From the sequence record MH675927.1: a DNA stretch of 64,000 nucleotides, one strand, 5' to 3'. The translations under genes were made by a program, and so were the position numbers. Position 1 is the stretch's first letter. The number at the start of each line of letters is the position of its first letter. The notes beneath the pieces are model-generated. The model was not told the DNA's origin, ran no database searches, and worked only from the letters and a program-made list of their open reading frames with translations. Below are positions 9,307 to 17,804 of this stretch, one piece after another. Origin of the DNA: Escherichia phage vB_vPM_PD114.

Positions 9307-10254
9307 TTAGAAACAGTGCAGGAAGTTTCGACCATATTGCAAACCAATAGGAGCAAATGGGATATCATCATCGAAATCTTGAACAACAGGTTCTGGTTCT
9401 TTCGGTGCTGGCTCTTTCTTCTCTACTTTTTTAGTTTCTTTCTTAACTTCTTGTACTGGAATAGACATTCCACGGATAGCAGCAGCTACTTTATCAGACA
9501 AAGCAAGAACTTCACGAGCAGCTTCAATAATCTCTTCTGCCGTTACAGTTTTACCTGTATGATCACGACAAGCGTTAAGAATTGCGTGTCCAACTGAAGC
9601 ACCAAGATCATAGTCAGTCACATCAACGCCACGATCTTTAGCAATTTCAGCTTTCAGAGTAACAGTTGCAGATTGTACCACACCAGCCAAGTCGAAAGCA
9701 TCACCTTTCACACCAGCACGTAGAAGCTCCAGAGCGCCGTTTACAGCGTGTCCTGTTTCAATCCCTACGGTATCACGTTTTTTGTAGTTAGGCTTGCTAC
9801 CGTCATTATTAGATGGCTTATTTCCACCTTTTGAAGAGGATTGTGCTTGCTGAACACCTTCTGTTGAAAGAATAGTGATTTTACCTTTAGAGGAGTTGTA
9901 GTATGTTTTGCCATTCCATTCGGAAGGTTTAACATCCATAGTTAGTTCTACGCCTTTTTCGATAGTAACCCACTTATCACCATCTTTAACTTGCAGGTTT
10001 TCATGTTCTGGGTGCAGTTTAACTTCACCTAGGCTAACCCAAACACCTTTATCATCAGCACCAGCACCTTTCTCTTTAATAAGCAGAGATGCTTTGTGAG
10101 TTGATTCAATTTTCTTATCTGGTTGACCTGCAACCTTAATATAAGAGACTTTCATTTCATCAAACTTATCTAGTTTGACATATTCGACAATACCTTCAGC
10201 CCAGAATGCTTCTTTTTTAGTACGACGGTCGATTTCAGAATTAATTACTGGCAT
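9307..10254 (-). CDS. putative ssDNA-binding protein (SSB-like acidic motif DFDDDIPF near C-terminus)
   Basis: GAGGAG RBS; 315 aa; contains DFDDDIPF, identical to the E. coli SSB C-terminal tip, but followed by 15 extra residues (APIGLQYGRNFLHCF); adjacent to replication genes. Confidence 0.4.
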   Translation of the reverse strand: MPVINSEIDRRTKKEAFWAEGIVEYVKLDKFDEMKVSYIKVAGQPDKKIESTHKASLLIKEKGAGADDKGVWVSLGEVKLHPEHENLQVKDGDKWVTIEKGVELTMDVKPSEWNGKTYYNSSKGKITILSTEGVQQAQSSSKGGNKPSNNDGSKPNYKKRDTVGIETGHAVNGALELLRAGVKGDAFDLAGVVQSATVTLKAEIAKDRGVDVTDYDLGASVGHAILNACRDHTGKTVTAEEIIEAAREVLALSDKVAAAIRGMSIPVQEVKKETKKVEKKEPAPKEPEPVVQDFDDDIPFAPIGLQYGRNFLHCF

Positions 10255-10270
10255 AAATTCTCCTCTATAA

Positions 10271-10669
10271 TTACATTACTTTAACACAAAACTCTCGTAA
10301 AAGAGTAGCGTCAGTTTCTTCCAACAGGTATTTACCAAGACCAATACCAAATCCTATTTCACCACTTTCAAAATGGAGAATTTGTATCTTTTCTCCACCA
10401 AGGTTAATTACTTTTGCTTTTCCAGGATTGTCCAAAACATCTCGTATTGTGTCCTGTAGTAGCATTAGTTCACGTTTTGTGATAGTGGTTTCAGATATCT
10501 CTTTGTCTTCTACCCGCACTGTTAAACGGTTGTATCCACCAAAGAGACATAGTATTTGAATAAAAAAGGTATTATCTTGAGGTTCAACATCTTTTTTAGT
10601 TAGTTCAAGACGATTAGTTTCTCTACTGTAGAACGTCTCGACTAAGATTTTAGAACGATTGTCTGTCAT
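10271..10669 (-). CDS. hypothetical protein
   Basis: 132-aa ORF with GAGGA RBS; no recognisable motif. Confidence 0.45.
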   Translation of the reverse strand: MTDNRSKILVETFYSRETNRLELTKKDVEPQDNTFFIQILCLFGGYNRLTVRVEDKEISETTITKRELMLLQDTIRDVLDNPGKAKVINLGGEKIQILHFESGEIGFGIGLGKYLLEETDATLLREFCVKVM

Positions 10670-10712
10670 TCAAGTCCTCATAATAACACATAATTGTAAG
10701 GTTTGTCAACAC

Positions 10713-11306
10713 TTAAATCTTAAATTCTTCGTTGTTAAATGAATCCAGTGTACGTACTTCTGGTTCTTTGGGAATGAAAACGTCTTTTACAAAGCGGAAC
10801 ATAGGGAAACGTTCTGCCATTTTACGGACGTGTGCTTCTTTACCTGTGTATCGGTGATTAATAGTGCAAATATTAGTTTTCAATGCAAACTCAAAATCTG
10901 GATGATATACATAATTTTGACCATCCCAGTAACACAGGCAAATAGCTACGTCAAAGTTCCATACGATTTCACTGCGTACACCCTCTTCCATGATCATAAA
11001 GTTAAACTTAAGGTCTTTATAGTATGCTTCAAATACCCATTTCAAATGTGGTAGTTCGGCATAAGTGTGTTCTGTTTGCTTAGTAAGTTGTTTAACATTA
11101 CGTGCACCAACACCCAACATCAAAAACTTCTCTACTAGCACGAGTGTATTGTGGTTAGGCATACGCAAGTAAATGTCAATGTCTTGTGCAGGTTTCTCTA
11201 ATCGCCAATCACGTACAGCGCCGCCAGCTACAATTGCAAACGGATCTACCAGTTGGCACATACGTAATACTTCTAAAGCGCGTACTTTTTGATCTTCAAT
11301 ATTCAT
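10713..11306 (-). CDS. nucleotidyltransferase of the poly(A) polymerase / tRNA CCA-adding head-domain family
   Basis: Motif VAGGAVRDWRL...DIDIY matches the GGxVRD...DxD signature of PolyA_pol/CCA-adding enzymes; start placed at ATG 11306 (RBS AGGAGA) rather than the upstream GTG. Confidence 0.6.
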   Translation of the reverse strand: MNIEDQKVRALEVLRMCQLVDPFAIVAGGAVRDWRLEKPAQDIDIYLRMPNHNTLVLVEKFLMLGVGARNVKQLTKQTEHTYAELPHLKWVFEAYYKDLKFNFMIMEEGVRSEIVWNFDVAICLCYWDGQNYVYHPDFEFALKTNICTINHRYTGKEAHVRKMAERFPMFRFVKDVFIPKEPEVRTLDSFNNEEFKI

Positions 11307-11314
11307 ATTTTCTC

Positions 11315-11911
11315 CTATCGTTTCCACTCTTTGTGTTGTTCTACATGCTCAAGCATTTCATTATATAGTGCTTTAAGATGTGGAACAACTCTTTCATCTT
11401 CAGTTTCAAAGAATTTTGTAAGCTGCTCTGCCTTAGCTTTCAACCAGCAAAGATGCGCTTCAATTTCAGTATTAAAACGTCCCAGCGTTTTCATGCGACT
11501 GCCTACTTTTATGTTGGCTTTATACTTTTTACGATCTTTCTCGTAACTACAGCCTACCATAGTCCCATGAGATCTTTTACTTACTCTATAAGCTAAGAAC
11601 TTATTAAGATCTCCTGTTACTAAAAGACAGGTATCGGGAGAGTAAACTCTCCCTCCTATAATATCTTTATCAAGTTCTAAGTTTTCCCAGTTATCCCAAG
11701 TTTGCAACCAGGAATAGAAATTGGAGAACAACTTCCATTCTTCACAAACCGTCACCCCCTTATAACAAGGATCACGTTCTTGTTGACAAGGGGAGTAACA
11801 CCTCCCCAACATAGCCATCCATTTCATATAATGCGGCGTTAGTTTCTTACTACCAGGTAGTGTACTCTCGCCTTCCAAATCATTAATACCTTCACTATAC
11901 ACGGTAAGCAT
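11315..11911 (-). CDS. putative homing endonuclease-like protein with AP2-type DNA-binding domain
   Basis: N-terminal WMAMLGRCYSP...YKGVTVCEEW block typical of phage HNH/AP2 endonuclease families; C-terminal YEKDRKKYKANIKVGSRMKTLGRFNTEIEA is AP2-like; adjacent to the DNA polymerase gene. Confidence 0.5.
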   Translation of the reverse strand: MLTVYSEGINDLEGESTLPGSKKLTPHYMKWMAMLGRCYSPCQQERDPCYKGVTVCEEWKLFSNFYSWLQTWDNWENLELDKDIIGGRVYSPDTCLLVTGDLNKFLAYRVSKRSHGTMVGCSYEKDRKKYKANIKVGSRMKTLGRFNTEIEAHLCWLKAKAEQLTKFFETEDERVVPHLKALYNEMLEHVEQHKEWKR

Positions 11912-11938
11912 AAAAACTCCTTTAAAATCAAAGAGATG

Positions 11939-14900
11939 TCAGTGACAAGTTGACCATGAACTACCAACATCGTAACCAGCAGTTAGAGGTACATTAAGAT
12001 TGTAATACTCACCAGCTTTATTAACAGCGATAGATGCTAATTCTCCAGCACGACTGTAGGCTGTAAACCAACCACCTTTCGGAGATTCATGTACGTTAGC
12101 CCAAATCTTGCCAGTACGTTTCTCTTCCTCTTCTTTCCAGGTATTAACTTTATCCAAACATTCTTTATCAATTTTCTTTTGTTCTTCTGGATCATCAACT
12201 TGAGTCCAACCTAAAGATTCTTTAGAGAACCATTTAAAATGCACGAGATCACGAGTTACTTCAAGCTGTGCTTCATCGTGATATGCAATCATTTGTTGAA
12301 CGAATGACTTATTTTTCCAGTCATCAACAAAAAAGTCAACAGCTAATCCTTCTTCTTCGATAAGATCGTCGTAGATAACCATTGCTCTTTTTGCACAAAT
12401 AACACCACCACTCTGGAACAGAGAGTTAAGTATTGCGTGTGCAGATCGTGTAGGTACTTTCCTACCATCAATACCAAGAATGTATTTCTTACCTGTTTTA
12501 ACCCAAAAATCATGCAGACGTTCTTTAAGAAGTGCAAGAGGTTTTGCAGCTTCCCAGAAAGCATCGTATACAAGCTGTCCTGTATACATATCACTACCAA
12601 TAGTTTTTGCTACTTTTGCAGCTTGAGCACCATAAGTAATACCATACTTAACAGATTTAGCAGGGCTTCGTTCAAACTTACGACCAATAGTGTCAGAAAT
12701 ACGTCGAGCCATCATTGTATGAACATCATTAGGTTTTTCCAACAATAGAGCATTACAATATTCGTGTGGTTCCTGCTCGTACCGCCAACAATTCCCTGTA
12801 ATCGTGATGCAGTCTTTCTGACGCATAACCCATGTACCGAGTTCTGTTTGTGGACACCAAACATCTTCTACACCCCATTCTTCAATAGTCAGACTTTGAA
12901 CAGGGATGTGAGAGCGGTTAGCCAACGTTGCCACTTTTACTTTCTGGTCTTTCGTATTGAAGGCTACAGAAATATTACCCCCATGAACCAGGTATGAGGC
13001 AGTTAAGGCTGCTTCAAAAAGTTCTCCTGGGTTCTGCGCCCAGCGCCAAACAGGTTTTTGTTTATGTTTGTGCCAGTAACCATCCGCAATCAAAAAACCT
13101 TCCAAGAAAGCCACACGCTCGGCATGAGACATATTAACTACACGTTCTACCCACGGAACATCCCATTTACCTTGTTGAACAGAAGTTAAACTATTTACTT
13201 GATCTTGTTCCATGTTAAATGGAGCATTACAAATAATGTTATCTCCTGTGCAAAGCTCGGCAGTTGTTCTGACTTTAGGCACATAAGTATTCCCTGTACT
13301 ACGAGTATTAACATACCAACGGTGATCTGCTGTTGCACGATAAGTATGGGATTTTCCTTTAATCTCAAACGTCTTACTATTTTTATAGAAGACCTTACCT
13401 TTTACTTTAGTCCATTCTTTAAGTCCTGTTTCTGGGTTATATCCTAAGATTTCATCCCCTTCTTGTAGATCGTGATAACCAACCCAACCTTTACGGGTTA
13501 GTGCTTGTGCATCCATAGGTACACAGTAATGTGATTCTATTTTTGCCTCAAGAGAATCAAAGTCATAACCAATTTGGAAGTATTTTGGAACTTCTACACC
13601 AAATAAGTTACGCATTTCATATCCGTACAGAGATGTTACACGTGGGATGTTTGCTACTAACCTATGTTTCATACGAGACGTAGCTGCATCGCACGTTGCA
13701 GCAGGGGTTGGTATACGACCATCAGCCCTTACTGCCGCCAGATAACCTTTATCGTAATCCTCTTCATCCTCTTCCCAATCAGCGCCACCCCCTAGAATAG
13801 AGTTCCTACGATGTTTATACGTAAGATACTGCACAATCTGCGTAGCATAAGGAAACTTTTCACCTAGTGCTTCCAAGTTAGGACAAATATCCTTCTCTTG
13901 CCCTTTTGTAAAGGAAGGGTTAGTAAGCACTTTAACACCACGGCCTTTAGCTTTAGCAATACGATCTCTTAGTTTCCATTCCAAAGTTTCTGGTGTGCAC
14001 TCCAGATGATCACATCTATCCTGGCAGAAGTTAGATGCTAACGTTTGATCAACATAGTCACGAATAGCTTTCTCCATTTGTGCTTCATCTTTCTTAATCT
14101 TAGTGCCAGATTTAAGAGTGATATCTTTATCTTTATATTCAGATGGACTCCAACCTAAACCAACTAACCAATTTTTAATATGTGTAGTGTCGTCTAAAGT
14201 AGCAGGTACTGTAGGATCACAAATAGGTTCTTCTGCTGGAATAGGTAGTTTAAACTCCTTACCTAATGCAAATAACCACCAACCATCTTCTTTTTGTACA
14301 AGTTCACCAGAATGTTTCTCTGCAAACTTTATCATGTTACTTGAAGGTTCACCATTCTTTTTAAACTGTAGTTTAGGTGGAATGAATGATTTCAAATAAC
14401 CTTTAGTAGCAGGTTTAGGAGGTAGTACAGGTTCTGCCTCTAAACGACATGCTTCCATTCGAGCATCCAGATCACGAATATTATCTTCTGCTTGTTTCAT
14501 ATTGAAAGCAAAGCCACGGTGCTCTTGACGTGTAATAATATCAGCTACACGTTGTTCTAAGTTAAATGGTTCAGACCACTTATTATAATCACCCCACTCT
14601 TCCATCAAATAACGGAACACTGCGGTGTTAGCTTTGTTATCGTAAATACAGTAATACAGCATATCTGCTGCAAATGTTCTAAATCTTTCAGTTTCAGGGA
14701 TGTTTTTTCTAAAATCAATTTTAACATCCCCTCCAGCTTTCTTAGATAACTCTGCCAGACTATGACCACCGAAGCGATCAGGGTTTAGTGTCTTACTTAA
14801 GATCATAGTATCACAAATTTCAATGTTACTATTACCCCAAGTATTGTACTTAATACTGTAGTTGAGTTTAAAAAATAATTTAATTGCCAGTAAGTCGAAG

Positions 14901-15253
14901 TTAATGATGTTGTGTCCAACTACTTTGGTAATTTTATAGTTTGAATTACCTTTAAATTTACCTGTTCCATTTACAAAATCAGGAAAATCTTTAAGAGGGA
15001 AATGGGTATATTCTAAATGCTCATATTCCTCCAGTCGGTATTCATACTTTCCGTCAGTCTCAATATACGGACGACCATCGAAAAGATATTTATCACCATC
15101 ATGGAAAGCAATAATCTCTCCAGTATCATGACTTTCGCACACAATACAGTGCATTGCAAAACTATCTTTTAAACGATATGGACTTGCCAAGTAATCTACA
15201 CTTTCGTCATTAAGCAAGTTGTTACTTTCAATGTCGAAAGTAAAAGCTCCCAT
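11939..15253 (-). CDS. DNA polymerase, family A (T7 gp5-like), with 3-prime-5-prime exonuclease domain; contains an intein
   Basis: N-terminal exo motifs (FDIES, HCIVCESHD, GGHSLAEL) and C-terminal motifs (KSVKYGITYG, GIDGRKVPTRSAHAILNSLFQSGGVICAK, AYHDEAQLEV) colinear with T7-type polymerases; RBS AGGAGGGAGA. Confidence 0.9.
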   Translation of the reverse strand: MGAFTFDIESNNLLNDESVDYLASPYRLKDSFAMHCIVCESHDTGEIIAFHDGDKYLFDGRPYIETDGKYEYRLEEYEHLEYTHFPLKDFPDFVNGTGKFKGNSNYKITKVVGHNIINFDLLAIKLFFKLNYSIKYNTWGNSNIEICDTMILSKTLNPDRFGGHSLAELSKKAGGDVKIDFRKNIPETERFRTFAADMLYYCIYDNKANTAVFRYLMEEWGDYNKWSEPFNLEQRVADIITRQEHRGFAFNMKQAEDNIRDLDARMEACRLEAEPVLPPKPATKGYLKSFIPPKLQFKKNGEPSSNMIKFAEKHSGELVQKEDGWWLFALGKEFKLPIPAEEPICDPTVPATLDDTTHIKNWLVGLGWSPSEYKDKDITLKSGTKIKKDEAQMEKAIRDYVDQTLASNFCQDRCDHLECTPETLEWKLRDRIAKAKGRGVKVLTNPSFTKGQEKDICPNLEALGEKFPYATQIVQYLTYKHRRNSILGGGADWEEDEEDYDKGYLAAVRADGRIPTPAATCDAATSRMKHRLVANIPRVTSLYGYEMRNLFGVEVPKYFQIGYDFDSLEAKIESHYCVPMDAQALTRKGWVGYHDLQEGDEILGYNPETGLKEWTKVKGKVFYKNSKTFEIKGKSHTYRATADHRWYVNTRSTGNTYVPKVRTTAELCTGDNIICNAPFNMEQDQVNSLTSVQQGKWDVPWVERVVNMSHAERVAFLEGFLIADGYWHKHKQKPVWRWAQNPGELFEAALTASYLVHGGNISVAFNTKDQKVKVATLANRSHIPVQSLTIEEWGVEDVWCPQTELGTWVMRQKDCITITGNCWRYEQEPHEYCNALLLEKPNDVHTMMARRISDTIGRKFERSPAKSVKYGITYGAQAAKVAKTIGSDMYTGQLVYDAFWEAAKPLALLKERLHDFWVKTGKKYILGIDGRKVPTRSAHAILNSLFQSGGVICAKRAMVIYDDLIEEEGLAVDFFVDDWKNKSFVQQMIAYHDEAQLEVTRDLVHFKWFSKESLGWTQVDDPEEQKKIDKECLDKVNTWKEEEEKRTGKIWANVHESPKGGWFTAYSRAGELASIAVNKAGEYYNLNVPLTAGYDVGSSWSTCH
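12791..13525 (-). mobile_element. intein inserted after polymerase motif A (about 245 codons, LAGLIDADG-type endonuclease motif)
   Basis: In-frame block CVPMDAQALT...ITITGN followed by Cys; contains VAFLEGFLIADGYW; flanking extein ...LEAKIESHY|CWRYEQEPHEY... is contiguous relative to T7-type polymerases; terminal dipeptide is GN rather than HN. Confidence 0.7.
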
Positions 15254-15320
15254 TCTCCCTCCTTAAAATATTTCTAAAGTCTTAATTTGTTAATACTGTA
15301 CCATAAATTAATTGTTTTGT

Positions 15321-15340
15321 AAAGGGGCTTTCGCCCCTTC
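15321..15340 (-). terminator. stem-loop, putative terminator (GGGGC-TTTC-GCCCC)
   Basis: Same hairpin as at 4170-4183; 7 nt downstream of stop of 15344-15739 on the minus strand; weak U-tract. Confidence 0.35.
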
Positions 15341-15343
15341 TTG

Positions 15344-15739
15344 TTATTTATTGTCAGCACTTAATTGTACTTTAATAAGGCAATTAGGGACACCATTGGT
15401 ATTTCTCAAGCCTACACGTTCAATTTTAACTGTTCCTGTTAAGCCACTAAAAGTGGAAACAATGTTATTAATGTTTTCATCCTTACTGGCGATATCAAGA
15501 ACAACTTTATCACTAACATTTTTCAGCATACGATCTACAAGCTCTCCCACAAAACCACTGGTAGTTTGAATGAGAAGGTATAGGCAACCATCCTCAAACC
15601 ACAAATGTTCGCCATAAGCATAACCGTATGGTTCTAACTCCGATCCATCTTGAAATTTAAACTTGGCAATAGTTTTCGTATAATCATACCCTAACGCAGA
15701 AGGGGATACCCCATAAAGGATATTTTCGTTGTCTTTCAT
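15344..15739 (-). CDS. hypothetical protein
   Basis: Start trimmed to ATG 15739 (RBS AAGGAGAGAAAT), just downstream of the primase-helicase stop; the longer track ORF would overlap the primase. Confidence 0.45.
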   Translation of the reverse strand: MKDNENILYGVSPSALGYDYTKTIAKFKFQDGSELEPYGYAYGEHLWFEDGCLYLLIQTTSGFVGELVDRMLKNVSDKVVLDIASKDENINNIVSTFSGLTGTVKIERVGLRNTNGVPNCLIKVQLSADNK

Positions 15740-15749
15740 ATTTCTCTCC

Positions 15750-17522
15750 TTAATAAGAACCATCAGGAATATTCTCTGGGTTACTTGTGTATTGATCGTA
15801 ATCGTGAAGTGTAGCTGTTTTAATCTCATAGAAGAAACTACCTGCTGCACCAGTCTCTGAGAACTCACGGTTCTTTAGGATGTAGCAATATGTGCGGTTA
15901 CGTTCCATAGGATCTTCAGCTTGTTTATCACGCTCCAGCGCAATTGTGATACCAGCACCTTTAGCAAGGAAGCTACTACCCATTGCATCATCTTCTACAA
16001 TATGTTCATTACTATTGTTAGAAGACTTTTTAACGTGTGAAATTACAACAATGGTAATTGCGTACTCTTTCATAATGCGTTTGAGCCACGTCGCAAGTTC
16101 CTCTTGTTGTGACACGTCCATACCAGAAAGCAAGTCAGAATAAGGGTCGATAACAAGAATGGTTACTCCGAAATAAATAATCATTTCCAGAACCTTCTCT
16201 TTAATCACATCTACGTTAGCTCCACGATCATCACAAACATAGAAACGTGGTGTTCCATCTTCTCGTTCGTAAAAATCCCGAATCTTTTCTTCATTATCTT
16301 TTAAAATCTTTTCCTTCTCTTCTTTTGTTTTACGGTGAAGAGGGATGTGTAAGAATGAAGACAGTAAGTTACGAGAATACTTCTTATACGTTGCCTCCAA
16401 AGATAAAATACCAAGAGTATGTTCTGGGTGTGCAAGAATAATGTGCTTCGTAATCTCGTTAACCAACAGTGTTTTACCGATACTTGTTTTTGCAAGTATA
16501 ACAGTAATTTCTTCTTCTACCAAACCTCCACCTAACATATTAGAAGCAACACGCATGAATGGAGGAAGGGTGATCATTTTAGCTTCCAGGCATTCCAAGG
16601 CTGCTTCATACAGTACGTTAGAAGCATAAACACCAGCAGGTGTGTACAGTTTAGCTTTGAAAAAGCGATCAAGAAAATGATCAATTTTTCCTTCTACTAG
16701 TGCCTGGTTAGGATCTTTAACATCTGTTAGTTCCATCACGTAAACTTTATTACGTGGTAAGATTTTAACACATTTCTCAACTGCTGCACGTCCAGCTTCA
16801 TCATTATCCATACACAGAACAATCTTTTTAAATTGATCTAAGAATTTATAACGATGTTGAAGCTGCTTATGCAGAGATGTTTCGCCACAAGTACCAGACA
16901 CTACAGCAGGAACAGGATATTTACCGCCCTTGTTATAATCTTTTAGCATCTGTGTTGCAGCCAGCATATCGTGTTCACCACCAACGATTAGAATAGTACC
17001 ACTGTGGTTACGATATTTAAACTCCCCAAAAAGATCACAATCCTTTCCTGTTTCACCGATAGGATGCGAAAAATCTTTTGGATCGATACGTTGTTTATAC
17101 CCAGCAATATTGTAATCTTTAGTTGTAGGGTATAATGTTGAAATTACTTCGCCAGTAGCTTCATCGTACATATAGCGTACACCGAAAGGTTTAGAGATAT
17201 CTTCACGAATACCGCGATAACCTTTTGGATTAGTTCCAGTGCTGGCTTTTAGTTTATCATGTACTTCTGGATTAAACTCACTACCCAAGATATCCTCCTC
17301 TTCAATTTCTTCGCCGTGTGCATTTAACCATTTTTGATCAGGGATAGTAAAGCCACAAGAAAAACAATGTGCGCCTCGATGGTCTTCATCGGCATCTAAG
17401 CCATATACCATCAAATTGTTTTGTGATCGATCACGCCCTCCTTTCATACAACGAGGACACCCAGTATGTCCTTCTTGACTTAGATCAATGTTATACCCAT
17501 ATTTATTTACAACATAAGACAC
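15750..17522 (-). CDS. DNA primase-helicase (T7 gp4-like: Zn-ribbon, TOPRIM, DnaB-type helicase)
   Basis: N-terminal CPRC...CFSCG zinc ribbon, central TOPRIM-like region, Walker A ILAKTSIGKT and Walker B-like ILVIDPYSD; GTG start with AGGAGA RBS. Confidence 0.85.
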   Translation of the reverse strand: MSYVVNKYGYNIDLSQEGHTGCPRCMKGGRDRSQNNLMVYGLDADEDHRGAHCFSCGFTIPDQKWLNAHGEEIEEEDILGSEFNPEVHDKLKASTGTNPKGYRGIREDISKPFGVRYMYDEATGEVISTLYPTTKDYNIAGYKQRIDPKDFSHPIGETGKDCDLFGEFKYRNHSGTILIVGGEHDMLAATQMLKDYNKGGKYPVPAVVSGTCGETSLHKQLQHRYKFLDQFKKIVLCMDNDEAGRAAVEKCVKILPRNKVYVMELTDVKDPNQALVEGKIDHFLDRFFKAKLYTPAGVYASNVLYEAALECLEAKMITLPPFMRVASNMLGGGLVEEEITVILAKTSIGKTLLVNEITKHIILAHPEHTLGILSLEATYKKYSRNLLSSFLHIPLHRKTKEEKEKILKDNEEKIRDFYEREDGTPRFYVCDDRGANVDVIKEKVLEMIIYFGVTILVIDPYSDLLSGMDVSQQEELATWLKRIMKEYAITIVVISHVKKSSNNSNEHIVEDDAMGSSFLAKGAGITIALERDKQAEDPMERNRTYCYILKNREFSETGAAGSFFYEIKTATLHDYDQYTSNPENIPDGSY

Positions 17523-17534
17523 ATGATTCTCCTA

Positions 17535-17804
17535 CTAAAATGATTCGTTTGTCTCCATAATATATTGCATTTCCAAATCTTCCATATGTTTCTTAAATTG
17601 GTAAACAATTTCCGATGGGGAAATATCTATATCAAAAAGTTCTTTTGTACCAGAATAAAACCTAATACCATCAACAATAAGACCACCATAATAATCCCAA
17701 TCACTTTCTCGTGAGAAAGGATTAGGTTCTTCATAATAGTAATCTACTTCAACAATAATAGGTTCTTTATTATCTTGTTTATACTCAAAATCAAAAGTGT
17801 TCAT
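17535..17804 (-). CDS. hypothetical acidic protein
   Basis: 89-aa ORF abutting the next gene; no motif. Confidence 0.4.
   Translation of the reverse strand: MNTFDFEYKQDNKEPIIVEVDYYYEEPNPFSRESDWDYYGGLIVDGIRFYSGTKELFDIDISPSEIVYQFKKHMEDLEMQYIMETNESF

Noticed and set aside
12343-12997. Several 60-100-aa ORFs in both orientations inside the DNA polymerase gene
   Set aside because: Shadow ORFs within a long, well-supported coding region; the plus-strand ones are antisense and none has an RBS.
15344-15868. Long form (174 aa) of the ORF downstream of the primase-helicase
   Set aside because: Its N-terminal 42 codons overlap the primase-helicase 3-prime end in another frame; an internal ATG at 15739 has a strong RBS and was used instead.
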